Shown here one piece after another: positions 44,785-55,340 of a DNA stretch of 64,000 nt (the first letter of the stretch is position 1; each line of letters opens with the position of its first letter). The notes under the pieces were generated by a model, which ran no database searches, was not told the origin of the DNA, and saw nothing but the letters and a program-made list of their open reading frames with translations. Made by a program: the position numbers and the translations under genes. This DNA comes from Bacilli bacterium. Its GTDB lineage: Bacteria > Bacillota_I > Bacilli_A > RF39 > UBA660. The stretch is taken from NCBI GenBank assembly GCA_017434825.1, contig JAFSGC010000020.1, positions 42,096 through 106,095 on the forward strand. The letters are read 5' to 3'.

Positions 44785-46419
44785 CTACTTTTCTAACTCT
44801 TTCATTAAAGCTGGAATAATTTGTTTTTTACGAGACATTAAGCCTTTAACAAAGACTCCTTCTTTAACATTATTTTCAAGTTCAAATGCGTTAGCAATTA
44901 ATTCTTCACTCTTAGTATTATAAAGAATATAACTACCTTCTTTAAGAATGTCTACAATAAATATCAACACTGATTCATAATGTGATTCAGACATTTCATT
45001 TAATTTATTGATATATTCGTCAATATTCTTTTCTATTTCTTCGAAATCCATAGTAGTAATAACTGCAATACCATAGATTTTTTCATTAATACTATATGTT
45101 TTAAAGTCTTGCATAATAAGTTCAGTAACACTTAATCCCTTTATTGAACTTGCTTCTTTTAACATTTTCATTCCATATTCTTCGACATCAACTTTAGCTA
45201 TTTTAGCTAGTTCATATGCAAATGTTTTATCTATTTCAGTTGTTGTTGGAGAAGTAAATAATAAAGTATCAGATATAATTGCGGATAATAATAATCCTGC
45301 TATATCTCTAGGAATTTTAACTCCTTCTTTATTAAAACGATCATAAATAATAGTTCCTGTACATCCCACTGGTCTACAAGTAAAATAGATTGGAGAATTA
45401 GTACCAATGTTACCAATATTATGATGATCAAAAACTTCTAAAATTTCTGCTTCATCTAAACCATCAACTGATTGTTCATAATTATTATGGTCTACAAGCA
45501 TTACTCTTTTCTTTTCGTAATTAGAATCAGTAAGTTTAATAACCCCAACACATTCGTTGTGATTATTTACAACCGGGTAATTAGTAAAATTAAACTTTTT
45601 AGTTAACGCAACAAAGTCTGAATAGTAACTATGAAATTCCACAGTCTTTGGATTTGGGGTTTCATTAATTGTACTTATAAAGTTAGCAAGCGTTACTTTA
45701 TTACTTAGTTCAAAACTAGTATAACTACTTGTAATTACATTAACTTTGTTCTTTATTGCTTTATTTAAAAGTTTCGCCGGAATTACTCGATTTCTTGTTA
45801 GAATAATTAATTGAACTTTTGACTCAATAGCATACTCAATAACCTTATAGCGGTCTCCTACTACTAGGATATCATTTTCGCATAAAGGAATTTCACTAAT
45901 AAATGCATCACTACTAAACGTTACAGTAGTAACTTTACCTTCAAATTCATTTTTAAAGTTTGTAATGATTTTAGCATCTAAAGTTTGTAACAAATGCTTC
46001 AAATTTGTTTTAACTTGGTCTCTTTTACCTGAAACTAAATACTTAGCTAAATTTTTTAGCGTAACATAACCAGTTAATACTCTTTTATCATTAACTAAAG
46101 GTATTGCAGTTAAGTCAAACTTTTTCATTTGATTAAATGCACTATCAATACTTTCTTTTTCGTTTATATATGCTTTTTTAGCAAATTCTACATCTTTAAT
46201 TTGAATCTTTGTATCATTTAAATAAGATGGAGTATCCACTTTAAAATAATCTAATACAAATTGCGTTTCTCTGTTAACTGGACCTATTACTTTTGGAACA
46301 CAGTTAATTCCTTTTTGACTTTTTAAATGCGCTAAACCTATAGCAGAACACACTGAATCAGTATCTGGATTCTTATGTCCGAATACATAAATTGGTTTCA
46401 TACTTCTATCACCTCTCAT
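44785..46419 (-). CDS. ppaC: CBS-domain-containing family II (Mn-dependent) inorganic pyrophosphatase
   Basis: DHH N-domain (VFGHKNPDTDSVCSAI), CBS/DRTGG insert, DHHNIG, DHHA2 C-domain. The start is probably MKPIYVFGH (46401). Confidence 0.8.
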   Translation of the reverse strand: MRGDRSMKPIYVFGHKNPDTDSVCSAIGLAHLKSQKGINCVPKVIGPVNRETQFVLDYFKVDTPSYLNDTKIQIKDVEFAKKAYINEKESIDSAFNQMKKFDLTAIPLVNDKRVLTGYVTLKNLAKYLVSGKRDQVKTNLKHLLQTLDAKIITNFKNEFEGKVTTVTFSSDAFISEIPLCENDILVVGDRYKVIEYAIESKVQLIILTRNRVIPAKLLNKAIKNKVNVITSSYTSFELSNKVTLANFISTINETPNPKTVEFHSYYSDFVALTKKFNFTNYPVVNNHNECVGVIKLTDSNYEKKRVMLVDHNNYEQSVDGLDEAEILEVFDHHNIGNIGTNSPIYFTCRPVGCTGTIIYDRFNKEGVKIPRDIAGLLLSAIISDTLLFTSPTTTEIDKTFAYELAKIAKVDVEEYGMKMLKEASSIKGLSVTELIMQDFKTYSINEKIYGIAVITTMDFEEIEKNIDEYINKLNEMSESHYESVLIFIVDILKEGSYILYNTKSEELIANAFELENNVKEGVFVKGLMSRKKQIIPALMKELEK

Positions 46420-46444
46420 AAGTTTATCATAGAGAAAAAATTTT

Positions 46445-48391
46445 TTAAATCCCTTTTAATTCAAATAAAATATCACGAAGTTCCATAGCTTTTTCAAAGT
46501 CTAAATTGCAAGCTGCTTCATTCATTTCATTTTCTATTTTAACTATCATATCAGATTTTTCTTTCTTAGTCATTTTACTAGATTGTTTAGAATCTTTAAC
46601 CACTGTAGATACAACTTCTTTAATATCTTTAATAATAGTTTGTGGTACTATACCGTGTTCTTTATTATACTCTTCTTGAATTGTTCTTCTACGAGCTGTT
46701 TCTTTAATTGCTTTATCCATTGCATCACTAATACCGTCAGCATACATAATAATATGACCATTTTTATTACGAGCAGCTCTACCAATAGTTTGAATTAAGC
46801 TTCGCTCACTACGTAAGAATCCTTGCTTATCCGCATCTAAAATACAGATTAAACTAACTTCTGGAATATCAAGCCCCTCCCTTAAAAGGTTAATCCCCAC
46901 AATAACATCATAAACTCCAGCTCTTAAATCATGAATAATTTTTAACCTTTCTAAAGTTTTAACTTCATTATGTAAATATGCTACTTTAATATTCATTTCT
47001 TTTAAATAGTCAGTTAATTTTTCACTCATTCGAATTGTTAATGTTGTAATCAACACTCTTTCATTTAGAGCAATTCTTTTATTAATTTCTCCAATAATAT
47101 CATCGATTTGCCCCATTGTTTGACGAATCTCAATTGTAGGATCTAATAAGCCGGTTGGACGAATTATTTGTTCTGCATATTTATTTCCAGTTAGTTCTAA
47201 TTCATAATCCCCAGGAGTGGCAGATACATATATCGCTTGATTTATTTTTTTAGTAAACTCGTCAAATTTTAATGGCCTATTATCAAGTGCACTGGGAAGT
47301 CTAAATCCATAATCTACTAAGGTTTGTTTACGCATTCTATCGCCATTATACATTGCTCTAACCTGAGGAATCGTTACATGGGATTCATCAATAACAAGTA
47401 AATAATCATCTGGAAAGAAATCCATTAGTGTTGTGGGAGTTTCGCCAGCTTCTCTTAAAGCTAAATGTCTCGAATAATTTTCAATGCCACTACAAAATCC
47501 AGTTTCTCTTAGCATCTCCATATCATAGTTAGTTCTTTCACGAAGTCTTTGTTCTTCTAAGAGTTTACCCTGTTCGTGTAATTCATTAAGTCTTTCGTTA
47601 AGTTCTTTTTCAATATTAACAAGAGCCTTTTCCATAGTTTCTTTACTAGTTACAAACAATGACGCTGGTGAAATAATAACAGTTTCTTTATGTTTTAATA
47701 CGGTTCCAGTTAATGGATCAAATATACATAGAGAGGTTACTACATCGTCATCAATTTCAATTCTTATGCCAGATTCTTTTTCGTTTACTGGTACTACATC
47801 AATATAATTACCTCTTACTCTAAAAGTTCCACGATGAAAATCTAAATCATTTCTTTCATAAGTCATATCTACTAATCGAGTTAATATTTGATTTCGAGAA
47901 TAAGTATCATTTAGATTAATAACTAACATATTCTTTTCATAATCATCTTTTTGACCAATATTATAAATACAAGATACACTCGATACCACAATAACATCAT
48001 CATAATTAATTAGTGCGGCAGTAGCACGATGACGTAGCTCATCAATTTCATCATTTATCGAAGAATCTTTTTCAATATAAGTATCACTCGAAGGAACATA
48101 TGCCTCAGGTTGATAATAATCATAATATGATACAAAATACTCTACATGATTATTAGGAAATAACTCTTTCATCTCAGCATAGAGTTGACCGGCCAAGGTT
48201 TTGTTGTGAGCAAGTATCAATGTAGGTTTTTGTGTTCTTTCAATTACGTTGGCAATTGTAAAAGTCTTACCAGTACCTGTAGCTCCTAATAAAACCTGAT
48301 CTTTTTTCCCGTTGTGTAATCCATTTACAAGCTCGTCAATTGCTTTTGGTTGGTCTCCACTCGGTTTATACTTTGATTCTATTTTAAACAT
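46445..48391 (-). CDS. uvrB: excinuclease ABC subunit B
   Basis: GATGTGKTF Walker A, DESH box, C-terminal UVR domain ([18 protein letters not shown]). Confidence 0.97.
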   Translation of the reverse strand: MFKIESKYKPSGDQPKAIDELVNGLHNGKKDQVLLGATGTGKTFTIANVIERTQKPTLILAHNKTLAGQLYAEMKELFPNNHVEYFVSYYDYYQPEAYVPSSDTYIEKDSSINDEIDELRHRATAALINYDDVIVVSSVSCIYNIGQKDDYEKNMLVINLNDTYSRNQILTRLVDMTYERNDLDFHRGTFRVRGNYIDVVPVNEKESGIRIEIDDDVVTSLCIFDPLTGTVLKHKETVIISPASLFVTSKETMEKALVNIEKELNERLNELHEQGKLLEEQRLRERTNYDMEMLRETGFCSGIENYSRHLALREAGETPTTLMDFFPDDYLLVIDESHVTIPQVRAMYNGDRMRKQTLVDYGFRLPSALDNRPLKFDEFTKKINQAIYVSATPGDYELELTGNKYAEQIIRPTGLLDPTIEIRQTMGQIDDIIGEINKRIALNERVLITTLTIRMSEKLTDYLKEMNIKVAYLHNEVKTLERLKIIHDLRAGVYDVIVGINLLREGLDIPEVSLICILDADKQGFLRSERSLIQTIGRAARNKNGHIIMYADGISDAMDKAIKETARRRTIQEEYNKEHGIVPQTIIKDIKEVVSTVVKDSKQSSKMTKKEKSDMIVKIENEMNEAACNLDFEKAMELRDILFELKGI

Positions 48392-48461
48392 AAGTACATT
48401 CCTTTCTAATTTTATTATGATTTTTATCGTAATTTTTACGCAATTATTTTATCATTTACTA

Positions 48462-48502
48462 CATAATAAAACAAGCTTCTCAACTATGCGAAAAGCTTGT
48501 TT
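48462..48502 (-). terminator. terminator after the 157-aa membrane protein gene
   Basis: 10-bp stem aaacaagctt/aagcttgttt with TTTTATT following on the minus strand. Confidence 0.5.
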
Positions 48503-48509
48503 ATATTTA

Positions 48510-48983
48510 TTAAAGTCCTCCACTTGATGAACATGACTCAAGTATTAAGATAAATGCAATTAAAAATAATATTCTTGTAATAAATCTAATCCATTTAATA
48601 TAATCAAATTTCGTTTTAGATATCCACTTTTTAACAATGGAAAAAGCACAAAAGATAATACCTAATATTATATAAAGCATTGAAGATGCATCATAAATTT
48701 TAAGCGAAACATATACCGGGTTCCAAAACAACAACATACCTAAGCAAAAGTCAAAAATACCTAATATTATATTTTTGGTTTTATCTTTAATACCTGTATC
48801 AATAAAACACTCTGCAATTAAATAAAGTGGAGTTACAATCAACATAAGCCAATATATGTATAAATAAACTATAAACGCATATCCCCAACAGATTACTGAA
48901 AGCGCTGCTATAACTAGCATTATTATATAAAGCAACTGTAACTTATTTTTTACTTTCTTTTTTGTTTGTGTTTTCTTTTTCAT
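48510..48983 (-). CDS. hypothetical integral membrane protein
   Basis: 157 aa, four to five TM helices. Confidence 0.5.
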   Translation of the reverse strand: MKKKTQTKKKVKNKLQLLYIIMLVIAALSVICWGYAFIVYLYIYWLMLIVTPLYLIAECFIDTGIKDKTKNIILGIFDFCLGMLLFWNPVYVSLKIYDASSMLYIILGIIFCAFSIVKKWISKTKFDYIKWIRFITRILFLIAFILILESCSSSGGL

Positions 48984-49053
48984 ATTATCACCACATTTTC
49001 ATTATATAAAATATATTTATATTTCACAATCTTAAGATATAGGATTTACACAT

Positions 49054-50070
49054 TTAATTTATTTTAAAATACGGATTAGTTAGCTTTCTTGTTAGAACAT
49101 CTCCAAGGCTTTCAGTCGTTTCTTCTTTCGATACGGTAGCAGCAGAACTTGGATTTCCACCACCTCCCATTTCTTCCATTAATTTACCAACATCAAGTTT
49201 TCCTGTACTTCTTGCGCTCATCGCAGCTACAGTGTGTTCATCATCAACGTAACCAATAACAAAAGAAGCGTCAACACCATACTTTAAGGCTTTATCTGCA
49301 GCTTTAGCTAATTCTTCCCTCGTATATGTTTCACTTTCATCACCCACAGCAATTGCGTACTGAAACATATTAAATTTTAATTTCTTAATAAGCTCTCCAA
49401 TTCTTACATCACTTTCATAATTTTCTTGAAAAAGCTCCCGAACAGCTTCGTTACTCGCACCAGATTTTAATAATTTTTTAATTATATCTAATGTATCAGG
49501 ATCAGTATTCTTACTATAATTAACAGTATCTAATTTTACTCATGCGAGTAAATAAGTAGCTAGGCTTTCTTCGATCGAAGAACGAAATTCTCCGAATAAT
49601 TTAGTAACAATTTCTGAGGCTGAAGATACTCCACAAGTAATAAACTTTTTATCCGTAGATATTGTATGTTCATCTTCTCCATGGTGGTCGATCAATACTA
49701 CATCGTTAAAGTTAGCAAGATGTTCTCCAACTGAAACGCGATTTACTTTATTAACATCAGTAGTAACCAAAAGGTCATTATCGCCTTTAAGTTCTAAATA
49801 TTTTTTTAGATTAATAAAAGGAATTATCCCCTTTTCTTTATCAATTACTTTTTTAACTCCAGGTTCTAATTTATCTGCTTGATCATTAACAATGATATAA
49901 CAAGGTTTCTTAAACTTAGATCTTACTATATAATAAATTCCCAAAGCGGAAGCAATTGCATCTAAATCGGGGTTGTCATGAGCCACAACAAAAACTTGAC
50001 TAGCGTTTAATACACTATCTTCAAGTACTCCTTTAAATTCTTTTATTCTTAAATTATCTTCCGAGTTCAT
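49054..50070 (-). pseudogene. DHH/DHHA1 phosphoesterase (GdpP catalytic-domain-like) interrupted by one in-frame TGA
   Basis: ORFs 49540-50070 (DHH: AHDNPDLDAIASALG, IDHHG) and 49054-49368 (DHHA1: GGGGNPSSAA) are in the same frame. The sequence between them translates without any stop except TGA 49540-49542. Confidence 0.75.
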
Positions 50071-50171
50071 ATGTGCCTCCTTTATTACAGCACATTATAT
50101 ATCTGGAAAATTTTATTGTCAAATATGATAATTCCTTAATTTTTGGTAATACTATAATAAGAAAGGTTGAT

Positions 50172-50711
50172 ATGATGATAATAGTAATTGGATCAAGACG
50201 CGAAGGTAATTCATGGAATTTAGCCCAAAAGATTAAAGAAGGATTAGATAAAGAAAGAATTAGTTGTTCAATTATAACGCCAGGTAATCAAAGAATTCAT
50301 CTTTGCACAGGGTGTATGGATTGCGATAAAAATGGGGTATGTGATTTTACTGATGATATGAAAAGTAATATTGATAAAATTAAAAATGATGACTACCTTA
50401 TGTTTATCACGCCTGTAAGATGGAACTTACTTTCTGGGGATTTAAAAATATTTATAGATCGACTAAATCCTCTATACTCATCTAAAGGCTTAAAAGGCAA
50501 AAAGTTTATTGCTGTAGCCATTGGTGCTAAAGGCAAGGAAAAATACGGAACAGAGTCAGCAATTAATTCATTAACTAGTTTTGCCGAAAATGCAGGAATG
50601 GAGATTATTTTAGACAAAGAATTTAACCATTGTTTAGATGGAACAGATATTCTTTGCAAGGAAGAAGAAATAAATAATTTTATTGAATCAATCAAAAGTA
50701 AAGTGGCATAA
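50172..50711 (+). CDS. flavodoxin-fold NAD(P)H-dependent FMN reductase / iron-sulfur flavoprotein-like
   Basis: MMIIVIGSRREGNS flavodoxin-like start and Cys cluster CTGCMDCDKNGVC. RBS GAAAGG precedes ATG 50172. Confidence 0.65.
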   Translation: MMIIVIGSRREGNSWNLAQKIKEGLDKERISCSIITPGNQRIHLCTGCMDCDKNGVCDFTDDMKSNIDKIKNDDYLMFITPVRWNLLSGDLKIFIDRLNPLYSSKGLKGKKFIAVAIGAKGKEKYGTESAINSLTSFAENAGMEIILDKEFNHCLDGTDILCKEEEINNFIESIKSKVA

Positions 50712-50735
50712 AAAAAGATAATTAAATTATCTTTT

Positions 50736-51695
50736 TTATTTTCCGGGTATGATTTCGTTTGCCACATCAGCGTCTGTAAGCCCCACGTAACCGTCATTCA
50801 ATAATGGCATGTCCATATCTGTAGGAACTCTAGAAATGAAGTTATAAATATTGTTGCAAATATCGTCTTTTGAGCACATAAATTCACCTCTTGCACCATC
50901 AAATGTATTGGCATTTTGAGGAACTCGATTAATTCCAGGCAAAGCATTAATCATGTCAATATTACAAAGTTTGGGAATAAAATATCTAATCATTATTCCA
51001 TCTGCTATTTCCTCTATTTCAATTGTCATTGCATGTCCACGATCTCTTACCATTAAAAGGGTTTTATTTTTAAGAGATAATATATCCGTCCACCCGACAT
51101 CTAATTCCGAAGGGAAATTCTCAAATATATTTGCCGCAATTTGGTTATTAGTATTACCTCTTAAATCAATTGAATAGTCATACTTATTCTTTTTTTGAGA
51201 TAATGAATCGACACTTCGATATAATCCATCATTATTCATTACATAAGAATGAACAACATGTAAAAGTGCGTTCACAGATAAATTTTGATCCATAAACGCC
51301 CAGATATTTCCGCCCATACTATAACCTACAAAAGATTTTTTTACTTTTGCGACTAACTCCGGAGACATCTCCGAGATACATAATCTATAAAAATTGTGTA
51401 ATTTACTTGGATTAGATCCACAATTATAAAGAACCCTACAATAAGCATCAAACTTATTATTTATTTTATCTTTTAGTTCTTGATCAAATCTTAGTACTTC
51501 AGCAATAACCATAAACTGACTTTTCATATATTTAAGTTCCGAATCAATTTCATCAACATATCTTATTGCATATTCACTATTATAAACTCTTGTTTCATCA
51601 AAAGCCAAAGAAGCTATTGATTTTTTTATATTCATATTACAGGCAAAAAATATTTCTAATCTATCTAATTGACTCATAGATTCAATATCTACCAT
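50736..51695 (-). CDS. hypothetical protein (one GxSxG-like element, GYSMGG)
   Basis: 319-aa ORF. Only a nucleophile-elbow-like motif was recognised, so function is open. Confidence 0.45.
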   Translation of the reverse strand: MVDIESMSQLDRLEIFFACNMNIKKSIASLAFDETRVYNSEYAIRYVDEIDSELKYMKSQFMVIAEVLRFDQELKDKINNKFDAYCRVLYNCGSNPSKLHNFYRLCISEMSPELVAKVKKSFVGYSMGGNIWAFMDQNLSVNALLHVVHSYVMNNDGLYRSVDSLSQKKNKYDYSIDLRGNTNNQIAANIFENFPSELDVGWTDILSLKNKTLLMVRDRGHAMTIEIEEIADGIMIRYFIPKLCNIDMINALPGINRVPQNANTFDGARGEFMCSKDDICNNIYNFISRVPTDMDMPLLNDGYVGLTDADVANEIIPGK

Positions 51696-51739
51696 ATGCC
51701 CACCTCTATCTATATAGAGTATAACATAAAAAAAGAAAA

Positions 51740-53464
51740 TTACTTAGAATTTTCTTTTTCAAGTTCACGATAATTTACTTTACCTACTAAAGTTTTAGGT
51801 AATGATTCTCTAAATTCAAATTCTTTAGGCATCATATATGCTGCCAAATTCTTTTGACAATATTCTTTGATATCATTTTTTACTTTAGCAGTTAGCTTAA
51901 CATCACTATTTAATACAATATACGCTTTTGGCACTTGTACTTTATACGGATGAGGAATACCAATAACGCCGCAATTAAGAACATCTGGATGAGATATAAT
52001 TACATCTTCAATATGAGACGGATAAACATTATATCCAGATACAATTAACATTCTTTTTAGTCTTTGCGCAAAGAACAATACTCCATCTTCATTCATATAA
52101 CCTAGGTCACCAGTATGAACCCAAATCTTACCTTTTTTATCTTTTTCTAACATATCGTTAGTTTCTTTTTCATTATCTAAATATCCAAGCATTACTCCCG
52201 GACCAGCAATAAGAATTTCTCCTGTTTCTCCTGTTTTACACTCTTCCCTAGTATCTGGATTAACAATCTTAACTTCATTTCCAGGAAGTGGAATACCTAC
52301 ACTACCTAATACATCCGATCCTAAAGCTCCAAATGTTGCAGGACCAGTTGTTTCAGTCATACCATAACCTTGAATAATACTTTTATGGCAATTATGTTCT
52401 TTTAAGAAATTATTAACAATTTCATTTTTCGCAGGAGTTAATGTATCTCCCCCAGAAACTACATATTTAATATATGATAAATCTACTCCATCCATATGTT
52501 TATTAGTTACTAAAGCTTCAAATAATGTTGGAACTCCAGGAACTAGTGTTGGATTATATTTAGTTAATAGCTTATCAAATCTTTTAGCATCAAATTGTGG
52601 CACTAAAATTGAACTTGCTCCAATACATAATGGAACGTGTACACAAACAACTAATCCAAAACAATGGAAAAGTGGTAATACAGCAAGCATACTATCTTCA
52701 GAGTTTAATTCAGGGAGCATAATCTTAGCTTGTTCAGGAACTGCATTAATATTACCATTAGAAAGCAATATATTCTTAGGAACCCCTGTTGTTCCTCCAC
52801 TATGCAATATTACAGCAGGTTGATCTTTACTAGTTTGAGCTAAAACCTTTTCGCTATATCTTTTTCCTTTCATTATAAATTCATGCCAATACATATAGTC
52901 TTCACTATGTTTTGGTTTTTCTACTTTTCTTCCTTTAGTTAAAGCATAACCAAACTTTAAAGGTTTCGGCATTGAATCTCCCGCAGAAACAATTATTGTT
53001 TTATAAACCTTTGTATCATCAATAATTTCTTTTATTTTCTTGTAAGCAAGGTCAATAGCAATTAACATTACACTGTCAGTAGCATTTAAAGAGTATTTAA
53101 TTTCTTCTTCTGCAGATAATGGATGAACCATATTAGCAATTGCACCAATCTTGTTTACCGCATAAAATGCAATAACAGCTTCTGGTGTATTTGGCATACA
53201 AATGGTTACTACGTCACCAGGTCTAATTCCTTGGCTACGCATTGCTTTAGCAAATAAATCAATATCATCAAACATATGTCTAAATGTTATTTTGTGATTA
53301 AAGTAATTAAGTGCTACACTATCCATGTTGTCCTTATTACTTTCTTTTAAAAACTCATAAATTGACATATTAGGCACTTCTATGCCTTTATAATTTTCTC
53401 CATAGAATTTTTCCCATGGATGTTCTTTCTTAAATTTTCTTTTAATTTTATCTAAAACACTCAT
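51740..53464 (-). CDS. AMP-dependent acyl-CoA synthetase (long-chain fatty acid-CoA ligase-like)
   Basis: AMP-binding motif LHSGGTTGVPKN, YGMTET, GDLGYMNEDG, C-terminal PKTLVGKV. Confidence 0.85.
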   Translation of the reverse strand: MSVLDKIKRKFKKEHPWEKFYGENYKGIEVPNMSIYEFLKESNKDNMDSVALNYFNHKITFRHMFDDIDLFAKAMRSQGIRPGDVVTICMPNTPEAVIAFYAVNKIGAIANMVHPLSAEEEIKYSLNATDSVMLIAIDLAYKKIKEIIDDTKVYKTIIVSAGDSMPKPLKFGYALTKGRKVEKPKHSEDYMYWHEFIMKGKRYSEKVLAQTSKDQPAVILHSGGTTGVPKNILLSNGNINAVPEQAKIMLPELNSEDSMLAVLPLFHCFGLVVCVHVPLCIGASSILVPQFDAKRFDKLLTKYNPTLVPGVPTLFEALVTNKHMDGVDLSYIKYVVSGGDTLTPAKNEIVNNFLKEHNCHKSIIQGYGMTETTGPATFGALGSDVLGSVGIPLPGNEVKIVNPDTREECKTGETGEILIAGPGVMLGYLDNEKETNDMLEKDKKGKIWVHTGDLGYMNEDGVLFFAQRLKRMLIVSGYNVYPSHIEDVIISHPDVLNCGVIGIPHPYKVQVPKAYIVLNSDVKLTAKVKNDIKEYCQKNLAAYMMPKEFEFRESLPKTLVGKVNYRELEKENSK

Positions 53465-53609
53465 TTTTCTCCCTCTTTTTACAACACTTGTTGAATAAAT
53501 TACAAATGTATTATATAATCATTATATGAATGCATCAAGCATCAACATCAAAATAAATTGATATTTTTTAAACACTTTGTCGATTTTTGTTTAATAAAGT
53601 GAGGTTTTT

Positions 53610-54173
53610 ATGGATAGAAGAACAAAATATACTCAAAAAATCATTAGAGATACACTAATAGATTTATTATCTGAAAAAGATATTAATAAAATAACAGTTA
53701 GCGAAATTTGTGAGATAGCAGATATAAATCGAGCTACGTTTTATCGCTATTATTTAGATGTATATGACTTATTAGAACAAATTGAACAAGATTTTTCGGA
53801 AGAACTTAAAGAAGCATATACTAACGAGGTAATAACTGTATATACAGTATCTAATTTTGCTAAAGCATTACTTAAAGTTTTTGTAGAAAACAAAAAATTA
53901 GTTACTATATTATTTAATAATAAAACTACCACTAACTTTTTAGATGGAATACTAGAAATTGTGTATCAAACATGTAAAGAAAAGTGGGAGCAAGATTTGC
54001 CTGGCATACCACAAGAAGACATTGAATACGCCTCAATCTTCTTATTTAATGGAGCGCTTGGTGTAATTAACTTCTGGGTTAAAAATGATTTTGATAAAGA
54101 TGTAGATGAAATATCAAAAATTATTGAACAACTAGCATACTTTGGATTAAAAAAATATATTTATAAATATTAA
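53610..54173 (+). CDS. TetR/AcrR-family transcriptional regulator
   Basis: N-terminal HTH ITVSEICEIADINRATFYRYY. Divergent from the acyl-CoA ligase gene. Confidence 0.8.
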   Translation: MDRRTKYTQKIIRDTLIDLLSEKDINKITVSEICEIADINRATFYRYYLDVYDLLEQIEQDFSEELKEAYTNEVITVYTVSNFAKALLKVFVENKKLVTILFNNKTTTNFLDGILEIVYQTCKEKWEQDLPGIPQEDIEYASIFLFNGALGVINFWVKNDFDKDVDEISKIIEQLAYFGLKKYIYKY

Positions 54174-54239
54174 AGTGTTAATAAATTAGCACTTTTTATT
54201 TGAAATTTTTTATGTTATTATATTAAAACTTTTAAAGGG

Positions 54240-55340
54240 ATGATTTTTATGCAATACGACTGGTATAATACTCAAATCAAACAACGATTAAGAGAACTTA
54301 AAAGCCTTCGAGATATTGATGATTCAAAGGAAATAAGAATCGCTATCTCTGCTTGTGAAGCACAACTAGGATATAGAAAACCGCATAGTAAAAAAGAACC
54401 TAGCGCTCGCGATCTTTATTTAAGTGAATACTTAGAATTCAAGAAATATAATATGATTTGGCCTGATTTAAAGAAATTTGCAAGTTTAGGCAGTAAGGGA
54501 ATAACATTTGATGTAGAAAAATCAAAAATTGCATTAGAGCCTAGCCAAATGTTTGAAATGACGCATGACTTTTTTAGAGACGCTACTCCCCAAAAGACTT
54601 TCGAAGATTTTCTCCATTTTTATAAAAATCGCAGAAAAGACGTTCACTTCATTACTAACTCTCCTGAATCTTTATATGCTGAAAGTTTTTATTTACCTTA
54701 TTATCGTGAGCATTTCATTCAAATGATTCCAAGAAATGAATTTGGAGACCTATCAACTTTGAGTCATGAATATGGTCACGGAATTCAATTTTTAAATAAC
54801 TATTGTCAAAAATGGTTTTCAAGAAATTCATTATTTATTGAAATAATTAGTACCTTTTATGAATTTTTAACTCTTATCCATTATTCACATAACGGTGAAT
54901 ATCAAGAAGCAGCAACAATGGCTTTATTAGACAATTGGGAAGAAATGAAGTATGCTGCAGGAAACATTAATACATTTTTAACGTACACCGATTTAATGGG
55001 ATTAAATGAGTGCGCTAATAAGTATGAGTTAGTTAAAGAAATAGATTCATTCATTAAAGAATTTGGGCCCACTAATATCGCAGAAATATCCAAGGAAGAT
55101 GGACTTATATCTGATAACATTATTTATGTATTTGCAGCTTCCATTGTATGTCAGTTATTAAATATCTATTATGAAGATCCTGACAAGGCTTTTTACTATG
55201 CAAATAAATTAATGATGATAAGGCCTACTCTTTCTCCCGAAGAATTCTATGAAGAAATATTAAATGTCGGAATCTTTCCAAATGATGGATTTATTCAATT
55301 TGAAGAACATATGAAAAGGGAATTAACTAGATTTAGTTAA
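54240..55340 (+). CDS. putative zinc metallopeptidase (HExxH; short M3-like)
   Basis: [11 protein letters not shown] is the zinc-binding motif. 366 aa, shorter than classical oligoendopeptidase F. Confidence 0.5.
   Translation: MIFMQYDWYNTQIKQRLRELKSLRDIDDSKEIRIAISACEAQLGYRKPHSKKEPSARDLYLSEYLEFKKYNMIWPDLKKFASLGSKGITFDVEKSKIALEPSQMFEMTHDFFRDATPQKTFEDFLHFYKNRRKDVHFITNSPESLYAESFYLPYYREHFIQMIPRNEFGDLSTLSHEYGHGIQFLNNYCQKWFSRNSLFIEIISTFYEFLTLIHYSHNGEYQEAATMALLDNWEEMKYAAGNINTFLTYTDLMGLNECANKYELVKEIDSFIKEFGPTNIAEISKEDGLISDNIIYVFAASIVCQLLNIYYEDPDKAFYYANKLMMIRPTLSPEEFYEEILNVGIFPNDGFIQFEEHMKRELTRFS

Noticed and set aside
49540-49542. The in-frame TGA could signal an alternative genetic code (code 4, TGA=Trp; or code 25, TGA=Gly, which would fit the conserved Gly).
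   Set aside because: TGA clearly terminates dnaB (4940-4942, overlapping the dnaI GTG), spmA (40228-40230, ATGA overlap with spmB) and the YunB-like gene (36952-36954). All other genes are intact under the standard code.
53465-53609. CAACAcTTGTTG palindrome (about 53481-53492) as the TetR operator in the fadD/tetR divergent region.
   Set aside because: It is a short 5+5 palindrome in AT-rich DNA with no second copy. It is plausible, but too weak to report as a feature without binding data or conservation.
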